DNA of 64,000 nucleotides, taken from positions 144,014 to 208,013 of the forward strand of contig JBCCHT010000024.1 in assembly GCA_039028615.1 (NCBI GenBank), written 5' to 3'. The notes below the pieces were generated by a model. The model worked only from the letters and a program-made list of their open reading frames with translations, had not been told where the DNA came from and ran no database searches. Every line of letters begins with the position of its first letter. Positions within the stretch are counted from its first letter, which is position 1. Both the position numbers and the translations under genes were made by a program. This stretch comes from Myxococcota bacterium (lineage in GTDB: Bacteria; Myxococcota_A; Polyangia; Nannocystales; Nannocystaceae). Positions 31,535-40,696 of this stretch are shown in pieces.

Positions 31535-32987
31535 GGCTCGAATCCAGTCGGAGGGTGGCGAGCTGCCGGTTGTTCAGGGCGTTGTCGTCGGGGACGTGCC
31601 CCCCCGCCGCGATCCGCCCCAGGGCTTCACCTTCGCCGATATAGGCATCGATGGCTTCCCGCGAGGAGCTGCCCTTGAGGTCGCGGACGAGCTGGCCCAT
31701 GAACACCTCGCCGAGCAGCGAGAGGCTGTAGCCGCTCGGCCCCACGACGACCAGGCCCTCGTGCACCAGCGCATCGAGCATGGACTCCTGCGCGGCCGAC
31801 AACGCCCCACGTTCGCGCATGGCTTCCACCCGAGCAGTGGGAAGGCCTTCCCACCGCAGCGGAAAGGTCCATAGCGCCATGTCTCGCTGGTGGGCGGTCG
31901 AGCATTTGGGCAGGTATAGCGGAGGCTCACCCCGCTCGACCGCGGCACACCAGGCCGCGATGTCGACTTGGTTTTCCACCCGCACGCCGGGCAGGCTCGA
32001 GATGGCCTGGGGCCCCACGCCGAGCAGGAAGGTCTCGTACTGGCTGGCGCCGATGCACTCGTCTCCCGCCAGCCGAGCCAGGGTCGGTGCATCCATGCGC
32101 TGGGGGTCGACGTAGGTGTTGGTGCCGCGGCGGATCCACCCGCCGCGACGGAACGCGCCGTAGGTGGACAGCCGCATGAGCGCCTGGTCGAGCGGTGCGG
32201 GCGCGGGGGGAATGGCGCCCGAGCCGATGGCCGCGAGCAAAGCCGGCGCGGCCCCGGGCGTGAGCAGATAGGAGCTGATGGCGTTGATGCGGCCGTCGGT
32301 CATCAGCTCGTCGAGATCGTGGGCCACGCTCTCGCGAGTCTGTCCGGGCATCCCGGTGATGAGGTCGGCGTTGACCACCGGGATACGCCCGTCGATCCAG
32401 TCGAGCACGCGATCGAGGTGCTTGAGCGTCTTGGGCTGGCGCATCGCGGTGCGTACTGCGGGGTCGAGCGACTGCACGCCGAACGAGACCTTGGTGACGC
32501 CCAGGGCGACCAGAGCCTCGATGAACTGGAGCTTGGCGGTGCTCAGGGTCATCTCGACCGAGACCTCCGTGTGCTCGCCGAACCCGGGCAGCTCGCGAGC
32601 AGCCTGCACCACCGTCTCGATATGCGGCCCGAGTAGATCGGGGCTGCCTCCGCCGATGTTCACCGAGCGAATGGGGGCGCCCCGCATGGCGGTACGACCC
32701 CACAGGTCGCGCAGCTGCTGGACGAGCAGGCCGGCATAGCGCTCGGCCTGCGCCCAGTCGAGGCTGTTGCCCCCCGAGAATGCGCAGAAGCGACATCGCT
32801 GGGCGCAAAAGGGCACGTGGAGGTACAGGCGTAGCGACGACTCCGGCAAAGCGGGAGCGTTCTCGATGGCGTCGAGGACTCGCCTCGCCGTCATCGACGG
32901 ATCGTCGGGTAACATCCAATAGTCGATCGTGTTGCGGGCGAGCGCGCCGTAGCGTGTCCCCAGCAACCGGTTGGCGGTTGGGCTCAC
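31527..32987 (-). CDS. HemN-like radical SAM enzyme
   Basis: LYLHVPFCAQRCRFC (CxxxCxxC), IGGGSP, VSFGVQS, NADLITGMPGQT, LLGVGP. GTG start inferred. Confidence 0.88.
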   Translation of the reverse strand: MSPTANRLLGTRYGALARNTIDYWMLPDDPSMTARRVLDAIENAPALPESSLRLYLHVPFCAQRCRFCAFSGGNSLDWAQAERYAGLLVQQLRDLWGRTAMRGAPIRSVNIGGGSPDLLGPHIETVVQAARELPGFGEHTEVSVEMTLSTAKLQFIEALVALGVTKVSFGVQSLDPAVRTAMRQPKTLKHLDRVLDWIDGRIPVVNADLITGMPGQTRESVAHDLDELMTDGRINAISSYLLTPGAAPALLAAIGSGAIPPAPAPLDQALMRLSTYGAFRRGGWIRRGTNTYVDPQRMDAPTLARLAGDECIGASQYETFLLGVGPQAISSLPGVRVENQVDIAAWCAAVERGEPPLYLPKCSTAHQRDMALWTFPLRWEGLPTARVEAMRERGALSAAQESMLDALVHEGLVVVGPSGYSLSLLGEVFMGQLVRDLKGSSSREAIDAYIGEGEALGRIAAGGHVPDDNALNNRQLATLRLDSSLA

Positions 32988-33025
32988 GACCCGCTCATGT
33001 CGCGACCCGCCCGGTTCCTTGCACC

Positions 33026-33805
33026 CTAGATCGACAGAGAGTCGAAGGCGCGAGGCTCCGACAGCGGCGTGACTTCGTAGAGCACGTACTCGCCGAGCGT
33101 GCGGCGGAAGATCTGGTAGCCGCTGTCGAGCGGGAGCTCGGGCTTGGGGTCCGCCCACGGCGGCTCGATGCACACGATGACGTCGGGTCCGCTTGGAGCC
33201 AGGCGCACGACCATGAGCCGCTGGGCGGGCAGGTCGTGGTCTGAACAGTTCAGCGAGGTCGACCCGCCACACTCCCAGACCACCTGGGCCTCGGGCTGGG
33301 GCGACCACACGGGGGCGCCTTCGTGGGTGGAGCAGTTCGGGGGCGGAGGCACCACGCTCTGGCAGTCCCCGAGATCGTAGTCGGGGCCGGGGTAGTGGGC
33401 CGTGCTCAAGAAGCGAGTGAGCTGGGCGCCCGCGACTTGGTGCGAGGTGGGTGGCGGGTCCGGGGCGCGGGCGATCACCTCGGCTCCCGAGTCCGGCGTG
33501 GGGGAGGCCGTGCCCGGGTCGACGCCATCGGGGCGAGCCCAGAGCAAGACCAGCGCGGCTGCAGCCGCGACCACGCCGACCCAAACGAGCGAGCCGAGGG
33601 CGCCCGATCGCGGCTCGGCACTCGGGTCGGTGGTGGGCGGCAGCCGAATGACATCGTCGACGTCTTCGGTCTCGACGTCTTCGGTGGCGTCCGTCGGTCG
33701 TGCCGCTGCGGCGGCCTCGATGCGCTCGTGCAGAGCATCGAGGTTAGGGACCTCGAACTGTCGGCGCAGCGAGGCGTCGATGGCATCCCGGTCGTGCTCG
33801 GTCAT
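33026..33805 (-). CDS. Putative single-TM anti-sigma factor with Cys-containing extracytoplasmic domain
   Basis: ATGA overlap with the ECF gene. TM LVWVGVVAAAAALVLLW. Five Cys in the C-terminal part. Confidence 0.7.
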   Translation of the reverse strand: MTEHDRDAIDASLRRQFEVPNLDALHERIEAAAAARPTDATEDVETEDVDDVIRLPPTTDPSAEPRSGALGSLVWVGVVAAAAALVLLWARPDGVDPGTASPTPDSGAEVIARAPDPPPTSHQVAGAQLTRFLSTAHYPGPDYDLGDCQSVVPPPPNCSTHEGAPVWSPQPEAQVVWECGGSTSLNCSDHDLPAQRLMVVRLAPSGPDVIVCIEPPWADPKPELPLDSGYQIFRRTLGEYVLYEVTPLSEPRAFDSLSI

Positions 33806-34362
33806 GGGGCCCTCCTGGCTCGTAGCACGGGCGGAGCGTCGGGCTCGGGCAGCAGCTCGCGCATCTTGGCCCGGGCGCGCGAGACGTGGCTCATCGCGGT
33901 CCCGGGGGGAATCTCGAGCAGCGTCGAGATCTCGGCGTAGTCGAACTCGACGACCGTCTTGAGCAGCAGGCAGGTGCGCGCCGTCTCTCCCAGGGTGTCG
34001 AGGGCCCGCTGGACCCCGGCATCGAAGACGGCGGTGCTCGAGGGCGGCGTGCTCCCGCCGTCGGCCATGCCTCGGGCTTGCTCGTGCAGGGCCCGCGCCC
34101 GTCGGGCGTGCTTGCGGCGGTGGTTGAGCGCCACGAATCGCACGAACTGACTCATCCACGCCTCGAAGTTGGTGCCGGGCTCGAAGGTGCTCAGCTTGTC
34201 GAGGGCGGTCAACGCTGCTTCCTGGAGGACATCTTCGGCGTGGGTCCGATCGCCCAGCACGCCCGCGGCAATGCACCACAAGACCCGCGAAGATTCGCGA
34301 AATCTCGCGGCGAACGCCGCTGGCGTCAACGCCCGGGGCGATCTCGGGTCGGGGTGGGGCAT
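33802..34362 (-). CDS. ECF sigma factor
   Basis: HAEDVLQEA, FEAWMSQFVR, YAEISTLLEIPPGTAMSHVSRAR. Confidence 0.9.
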   Translation of the reverse strand: MPHPDPRSPRALTPAAFAARFRESSRVLWCIAAGVLGDRTHAEDVLQEAALTALDKLSTFEPGTNFEAWMSQFVRFVALNHRRKHARRARALHEQARGMADGGSTPPSSTAVFDAGVQRALDTLGETARTCLLLKTVVEFDYAEISTLLEIPPGTAMSHVSRARAKMRELLPEPDAPPVLRARRAP

Positions 34363-34447
34363 CGGTGGAGCTTCGGCCTCAGTCCCATGTCGCGAGGCCC
34401 CCAGAGCCTTGCACACAAAATCGAAAAAAGTGCTCGGGCGGACCGCG

Positions 34448-37400
34448 TCATCGCGCGCGGCGCTCGGCCAGCCAGCGCTGCACCGCCACCAGGTCGCGCT
34501 GATTGTCCGCTCCGTGCTCGGCAAACGCCTCCCGGGCCCTTCGCGCGAGCTCGACAGCGGCCGCCCGATCGCCACCGTCGGACCACTGCGCTCGAGCCAG
34601 CACGAAGCGGGCCTCCGCGAGCTGCCGCGGGGTCATCGAGTTCTCTTGGGCGATCGCGACCGCGCGTTGTGCGTGCTCCCGGGCGGCGTGCGGGGTGTTG
34701 CCGGCGAGCGAGGCGTTGGCCAGGGCGACCAGGGTGATGACCAAACGCGGGCTCTGCTCGCCGAGGGCTCGCTCCTTGATCGCCAGCGCCTCGCGCAGCA
34801 CCGGTTCGGCCTCGTCGTGGCGCGCCTGGTCGATGAGGGACTGGCCGACATTGGTCAAGCTGGAGCCGACGTCGGCATGGTCGTCGCCCAGGGCCCGTCG
34901 TCGGACGTCCACCGCCTGCCGATGGAGTCGCTCCGCTTCGGCGTGGTCACCCGAGTTTCCGTGCACGAAGGCCAACCCGGTGAGGCTCTCGGCGAAGCGG
35001 GGGTGCTCCTCGCCGAGTGCAGCGCGGCGGATCTCGAGCGCGCGTCGGTAGTGGGTCGCCGCTTCTTCGAGCTGTCCTCGAGCGGTGAGGGCATTGCCGA
35101 GGTTGTTCGCGCTCGTGGCGACGTCGGGGTGCTCAGGTCCCAGCTTGGCCTCGCGCACCCGCAGCGCATGTCGCATGTGGCGCTCGGCTGCCTCGTAGCG
35201 TCCTTGGTCGAACAACGCCACGCCGAGGTTGTTCGCACTCATCGCCGCGTTGACGTGGTCGGGCCCCATCTCGGCCTCGAACGCCTCGAGCGCGCGACGG
35301 TGTTGGGCCTCCGCCCCGGCATAGTCCCCCCGCTGGTACAGCACGTTGCCCAGGTTATTGAGGGTCAAGGCGACATGAAGGTGGTCGGGGCCGAGCTTGC
35401 GTTCGAAGGTCTCGAGCGCGCGCCGATATTGCTCCTCGGACTCGTCGTACTGCCCCTGTCGCTCCAGCGCCGCGCCCAAGCTCATCTGGCTGACGGCCAC
35501 CGCGGGGTGGTCCGCTCCCAGGGCGCCTTCGAGGATCTGCTGGGCCTCTCTATAAAAGGACTCGGCCTTGGCGAACTCGCCCTGGCGATTGAGGTCGTGC
35601 CCCAGGTTGTGCAGGGTCCGTCCCGTGCTCGGGTGCCCGACCGCCTGGGTGCGTCGCCGGATCTCCAGCACTCGTCGATGGATGCGCTCGGCCTCCTCGT
35701 GCTGCCCCTGGTTGGACAGCACGACGCCGAGTGAATCGAGGGTCTGGGGCAGCAGGGTCTCCGCCTCGGGATCGCTCTCCTCGATGGCGAGTGCCTGGCG
35801 GAGTGCCTCGGCGGCCTCGTCGAAGCGACGCTCCTTGCTCAGCACGGTGCCCCGGCGGTCCAAGCAGGCGGCGACCTGTCTGGGGTCACCGCTGCGTCGC
35901 GCCAGGGGCAGGGCGGTCTCCAGCCACTGCAGACCTTCGGCGTAGCGGGCCTGACGTTCGCCGACCACGAACGCCAACGAGCGGCTCGCCTCGAGCACGA
36001 TCTCGTCGTGGCCCAGGCTCAGGGCCAGGGCATGCGCTCGCTGAAGCTCCTGCTCCGCCTCGGCGAATTGCCCTTCGTTTTCGTGCAAGCGCCCGAGCCT
36101 CAGCCTCGCTTCGGCCTCGAGAGGCGCGTAGCCCAGTGTCTGAGCCTGCGCGATCACCTGCTCGGCCTCGGTCTTGGCGACGGCGAAGAGCGCTGCGTTG
36201 CGCTTGGCGTCGACCGCTCGCAGGGCCTGGCGCAACGATTCGACCTCGAGGGCGATGGTCGGGTCTTCGGGCGGAGGCACTCGTTGGCGTCGCTCGGCCA
36301 GGCGCTCCACGTCGTCGCAGATGGCCAAGCGAGGCAAGTCGGCGGTGAGGTCCACCGCCTTGTCCATCATCGAATCATCCGCTTGCGCGAGCACGTCCAC
36401 CACCGCGCCGAGGGACGACCTGCGCTCGTCCAGGCAGTGCATGCGCAGGTCGAGGGCCTCGTCGCCCTGCGTGTGCTCGACGGCCGTCGCTTCGCAGACC
36501 TCCGTGTGTTTGCGGGCCCAGTCGTCGGCATAGCGATCGAGGTTGGATTCGACGCGCTCCCAGGTGCTGACGGCATAGGGGACGGCCGCGCCCGTGAGGG
36601 TGGACGCGAGCTGCTGGCGGCGCCCGTCGTCCCAGACGTCTGCGAGGCGGCCGCGAGCGTTCGCGCATGGATTGCGCGGGGGCTCGGTGCCGCGGACCCA
36701 AAGCCCCACGCCGAGCGCCATGGCCCCGATGCCGACCACGACGGCAGGCCAACGTCTCGAGCGGGGAGCGACGAGGGACTCCAACGGCTCGAGCACGGCG
36801 TGCATCGAGGACCAGCGCGCCGAGGGGTCCCGGGCCAGTCCGCGCGAGAGGATGGGCAGCAGGGCGGACGGAGCGGTGGTCGACGGAGGGGACAGACGCT
36901 CGCCGGCCCCGAGCCGGGGCTGCTGGCCGTACACCGCCTCATACAGGCAGGCGCAGAAACTGTATTGATCGCTGGCCTCGTCTGCGGCTCGACCCTCGAG
37001 CTGCTCGGGGGAGGCGTAGGGCCCCGCCGCGGCGAGCCCGGAGCTCGTAGTCTCGAGGGGATCGTCGCCGTCTTCTTCGGTCGGAGCCCCCGGGATCGAG
37101 TCGACGGTCCGTGCCTCTCCGAAGCCGAGCACGACCACCCGACCGTCATCGTCGCGGACGGCGTGGGCGGGCTGGAAGTCTCCGTGCACCAGCCCAACCT
37201 CGTGGGCCGCGGCGAGCCCTCGTCCCGCCTGGAGGTAGGCCTCGATGCGGGCTCGCCAATCGGGCGTGCCCGTGGTCACCCACTCGGCCAGCGGTCGTCC
37301 ACGGACGCGCGGCATGGCGACATAGGTTCGGCCCTCCGCCTGGCCTACCTCCAGCACTGGCACGACGTTCGGGTGGTCGATCTTGGCGAGGGCCTGGGCA

Positions 37401-37597
37401 TTCTGTCGCAGCCGTCGTGCCTGCTCCGGTGGGAGGTCGGCATGCAGCCACTCGAGCATCACCGGCCGATCGAGCGTCTCGTCGCGCCCCTCCAGCAGCG
37501 TGCCGGTCGGGCCGCGGCCTCGCTCGCCCTCGACGAGATGGGAGCCGAGGTATTGCGAGCGGGATTCGTCGTTCGCTGCGGGGTTGCCCGAGGCCAT
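34448..37597 (-). CDS. Membrane pseudokinase-TPR receptor (degenerate Ser/Thr kinase domain)
   Basis: Kinase fold kept (HPNVV..EVG, SPEQ, SDQYSFC), but VAIK->VMLE, HRDxKPxN->HGDFQPAH and DFG->GFG. TM, Cys domain and many TPRs. ORF intact. Confidence 0.88.
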   Translation of the reverse strand: MASGNPAANDESRSQYLGSHLVEGERGRGPTGTLLEGRDETLDRPVMLEWLHADLPPEQARRLRQNAQALAKIDHPNVVPVLEVGQAEGRTYVAMPRVRGRPLAEWVTTGTPDWRARIEAYLQAGRGLAAAHEVGLVHGDFQPAHAVRDDDGRVVVLGFGEARTVDSIPGAPTEEDGDDPLETTSSGLAAAGPYASPEQLEGRAADEASDQYSFCACLYEAVYGQQPRLGAGERLSPPSTTAPSALLPILSRGLARDPSARWSSMHAVLEPLESLVAPRSRRWPAVVVGIGAMALGVGLWVRGTEPPRNPCANARGRLADVWDDGRRQQLASTLTGAAVPYAVSTWERVESNLDRYADDWARKHTEVCEATAVEHTQGDEALDLRMHCLDERRSSLGAVVDVLAQADDSMMDKAVDLTADLPRLAICDDVERLAERRQRVPPPEDPTIALEVESLRQALRAVDAKRNAALFAVAKTEAEQVIAQAQTLGYAPLEAEARLRLGRLHENEGQFAEAEQELQRAHALALSLGHDEIVLEASRSLAFVVGERQARYAEGLQWLETALPLARRSGDPRQVAACLDRRGTVLSKERRFDEAAEALRQALAIEESDPEAETLLPQTLDSLGVVLSNQGQHEEAERIHRRVLEIRRRTQAVGHPSTGRTLHNLGHDLNRQGEFAKAESFYREAQQILEGALGADHPAVAVSQMSLGAALERQGQYDESEEQYRRALETFERKLGPDHLHVALTLNNLGNVLYQRGDYAGAEAQHRRALEAFEAEMGPDHVNAAMSANNLGVALFDQGRYEAAERHMRHALRVREAKLGPEHPDVATSANNLGNALTARGQLEEAATHYRRALEIRRAALGEEHPRFAESLTGLAFVHGNSGDHAEAERLHRQAVDVRRRALGDDHADVGSSLTNVGQSLIDQARHDEAEPVLREALAIKERALGEQSPRLVITLVALANASLAGNTPHAAREHAQRAVAIAQENSMTPRQLAEARFVLARAQWSDGGDRAAAVELARRAREAFAEHGADNQRDLVAVQRWLAERRAR

Positions 37598-37753
37598 GGT
37601 GGCTGCGTCGGCGCCCGTCCCGGACGCGTGCCCCAGACTACGCTGTTTTGCCCGAGCCGGTTGCGCCGAGCATCGTGAGTCACCGGTCGGAAAAAATCGC
37701 TCGCGGAATTTCCGGCCGTCATCGCGCGGGAGGCCATCGTCAATGGGCTGCCG

Positions 37754-40681
37754 ATGAGACACCTGTGGCTGTCGTTCGTTTTCGTGATCCCGGCGCTCGC
37801 TGCGATCACGCCTCGTGTCGCCCATGCGTCGCCAGCCGTGAACTGCACGGCCACGGGGACCTGGAGCAGCGCCTTCGGTTCGCTTCCCGTGGGCGTGCCC
37901 GCCCCCGACTTCTTCGGAGGGGCCGACGCGTGCGTGCAGATCGAGTCTGACGTTTGTGTTGGCTTCGATGCGACCACCGACATCCACCTCGACAGCGTGC
38001 GGGTCGAGGGCGCGCTCGTATTCGTCGACGGAGCGGAGCGCACGCTCGATGCCCACAAGGTCGTGGTCCCGCCCAGCGGCGCCTTCGTGGTGGGGACGCC
38101 GACCGACCGGTTCATGAGCGAAGCCAACATCGACCTGACCACGGGGACGGCGTGCAACGACTCCGGCGCGGGGGTGTACACGATCGCCGACGATGGCTCC
38201 GGGGGCCTGACGGTCAGCTGGAGCGACCCGGCCGACGTCTCCACGTTTCACCCCGATGACCACATGACGGGGGATGCGGAGCCCAACGCGTCGCTGCTGG
38301 TCATGGGGGGCGAACTACAGCTGCACGGGCGCCCCCGCACGACGACCTGGACGACGCTGTCGTCCACCGTCTCCGCGGGCGTGAACGTCTTCGACGCCGT
38401 CGAGGCCGATGATTGGGATTTCATGGATGAGATCGTGCTGGCTTCGACCGACTTCGACCCGAGGGAGGTGGATCGCGTTCGGATCCAGACGGTCTCGGCC
38501 ACCCCCGGGGACGACACCGTCACCGTGTTTGGCGGCGGGCTGAAGGAGCACTTCGTGGGGCAGGTCGGCTCGTCGGTGGGCGGGCTTCCCGATGTCTACG
38601 AAACCGGCGAGGTCGCGCTGCTCTCTCACAACATCAAGGTCTCCAACCCGGACTGGGCGACGTCGCCCGCCGTGTGGGCGGCCTGCAGTGACGACTTTCC
38701 CGCGTTCGGAGCGGAGATCAAGGCCACCCGTCACATGGGCCATGCTCCGACGGTCCAGCTCGAGAACATCGAGGTCTTCAACGCGGGAAAATTCGGGCAG
38801 ATGGGGCACTACCCCATTCACTTCCATCACGCGGGGGAGGTGGCGAACTCCTATGTGCGGGGGGTGAGTGTGCACGACTCGTCGAACCGGGCCATCGTGC
38901 TGCACGGGGCCCAGCGGGCGACGCTCGAGGACAACGTGGTCAGCGACATCGCCGGGCATGCCTACTACCTCGAGGCCAGCGATACCTCGGACACCAAGCA
39001 CAACACGCTGACCGAGAACATCGGGATGAGCGTCCGTGACTGCAATCCCTTGGACCACCTCGCGCTCGACTCGAGCGGGGCGGCGGTGTTCTATTTCGAG
39101 GACCATCGCAACAGCTTCGTCGGCAACGTCGCGGCGGGCTCCGAGTTCGCCGGCTTCTATGACGCACAAGCGGGCAACATGGAATCGGTCGAGGATGGCA
39201 CCCCGCTGGACCGCTTCTTCATGTGCGCCGACGATGCCGTCGACTACTCGGCCGCGACCCCCGGCCTGGAACTCGACACTGGGGCCTTTTCCTACGCCAA
39301 TACTTGGTACGGCGACACCCAGTACGAGACCTGGGGTTATGCCGCGCCGGGGGAGTCCGTGAACTGTGAAGGCGCGTTCGTCGACAACGTGGTCCACTCC
39401 ACCCAAAACGGCTACTACGCCGACGTCCACCGTCGGACCTTCCTGCGCATCTTGGGGCTCACCGCGTGGAAGAACTCGCGGCGTGCGACGATGATCAAGA
39501 ACAAGGGCGCCACCGAGATGGTCGAGCTGATGGCCGCGGACAACGGCTCCGCGGTGTGGCCGGCCTCCCATGCGTACCACCAGTGGTATGCGCCCTCCTA
39601 TCTGCTGGTGGCGTCCCACATCATCGGGCGCTCGCTCAACACGGGGGCGACGGTGTTTCCCAACGGCGACCCTACCTACGACCTGTATGGGGTCGAGGTC
39701 TACGAAGGGCGGGTCCACGTGGCGGACACGCACTTCGAGTCGTTCGAGCCCGAGGTGGGCCTCCGCAACATCGCCGCGTTCGGGCGTCATCGGTCGTTTC
39801 CGTTCTATACGAACAACGTCGACAACTCGGTCCGCAACGTCAGCTTCGACGGCGACAGCCAGCGACTATTCTTCGAGGACCCCGACCTCCGCGAGAACGG
39901 GGAGGGGGTCAGCCATGCCGCTGGCTATGCCTCGGTGATGCTCGTGGATACGGACGGGAGCCTCTCGCCCTTGGAGGTGCCGTCCATCATCACGGCCGCC
40001 CATGACTTCATCGTTCCGGGGACCACCGCCGCCCCGGTCGGGTCGCCCACGGAGCCCGCGGGGTGGAACGCCTTCGTCTGGAGTGCGTTGGACCTTCGCT
40101 ATGGCCAGGTCATCTTGCGCTGGTGCGATACCTTGTTGCCCATCGGCTGCAACGCGTACATCGACGGCTCCCTGGAGCCTTCCGACGACTGGACGCAGGT
40201 CGATCAGGGCTCTGGCGTGTTCGGGTTCGTGGCCGGGATGCAGATCGAGGACCTCTCGGAGGGGCACATGGTCACGTCGGATCACGCCCCGCAGGGCCTG
40301 CACACGCGGCTGGGCGCAAACCTGCTCGTCGGGCGGGACTACGAGCTTTCGCTGTGGGCCGACGATACCCCCACGCTGCTCGACGAAACGACGGGAGCGC
40401 TCCGCGACATCGAAGCCATGGAGGTTCACTATCGTTTTGCTCCCTCGAGTGATGCGATCACGCTGAGCATCCCCGTCCATCGGCCGCCCACGCAGATCGG
40501 CGTGATCTACGGTGACGACGCCTCCGTCCTGCCCACGCCTTCGTCCCCGAGCTGGCCGCCCTCGACCACCGAGGAGTGGGCCTTCGAGAACACGGCCGAC
40601 GATCGTCGAGTTCACCTGTACCTCCAGCCCGCGGTCGATCAGGAGACGGTGGTGGTGCTCATGGGCTTCGGCGACCAGTAG
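37754..40681 (+). CDS. Secreted G8-domain / parallel beta-helix protein (CEMIP/TMEM2/fibrocystin-like)
   Basis: Signal peptide. G8-like VEGALVF..GAFVVGT..GGELQLHG..WTTL, then EVALLSHNIKV, GQMGHYPIHFH, VHDSSNRAIVLHG, GNVAAGS. Confidence 0.8.
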   Translation: MRHLWLSFVFVIPALAAITPRVAHASPAVNCTATGTWSSAFGSLPVGVPAPDFFGGADACVQIESDVCVGFDATTDIHLDSVRVEGALVFVDGAERTLDAHKVVVPPSGAFVVGTPTDRFMSEANIDLTTGTACNDSGAGVYTIADDGSGGLTVSWSDPADVSTFHPDDHMTGDAEPNASLLVMGGELQLHGRPRTTTWTTLSSTVSAGVNVFDAVEADDWDFMDEIVLASTDFDPREVDRVRIQTVSATPGDDTVTVFGGGLKEHFVGQVGSSVGGLPDVYETGEVALLSHNIKVSNPDWATSPAVWAACSDDFPAFGAEIKATRHMGHAPTVQLENIEVFNAGKFGQMGHYPIHFHHAGEVANSYVRGVSVHDSSNRAIVLHGAQRATLEDNVVSDIAGHAYYLEASDTSDTKHNTLTENIGMSVRDCNPLDHLALDSSGAAVFYFEDHRNSFVGNVAAGSEFAGFYDAQAGNMESVEDGTPLDRFFMCADDAVDYSAATPGLELDTGAFSYANTWYGDTQYETWGYAAPGESVNCEGAFVDNVVHSTQNGYYADVHRRTFLRILGLTAWKNSRRATMIKNKGATEMVELMAADNGSAVWPASHAYHQWYAPSYLLVASHIIGRSLNTGATVFPNGDPTYDLYGVEVYEGRVHVADTHFESFEPEVGLRNIAAFGRHRSFPFYTNNVDNSVRNVSFDGDSQRLFFEDPDLRENGEGVSHAAGYASVMLVDTDGSLSPLEVPSIITAAHDFIVPGTTAAPVGSPTEPAGWNAFVWSALDLRYGQVILRWCDTLLPIGCNAYIDGSLEPSDDWTQVDQGSGVFGFVAGMQIEDLSEGHMVTSDHAPQGLHTRLGANLLVGRDYELSLWADDTPTLLDETTGALRDIEAMEVHYRFAPSSDAITLSIPVHRPPTQIGVIYGDDASVLPTPSSPSWPPSTTEEWAFENTADDRRVHLYLQPAVDQETVVVLMGFGDQ

Positions 40682-40696
40682 GCCGACCCACGGGAT

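Noticed and set aside
31527..33026. RiPP cluster interpretation of the radical SAM operon
   Set aside because: No SPASM-type Cys motif, RRE/PqqD domain or precursor ORF was seen, and the enzyme is HemN-like.
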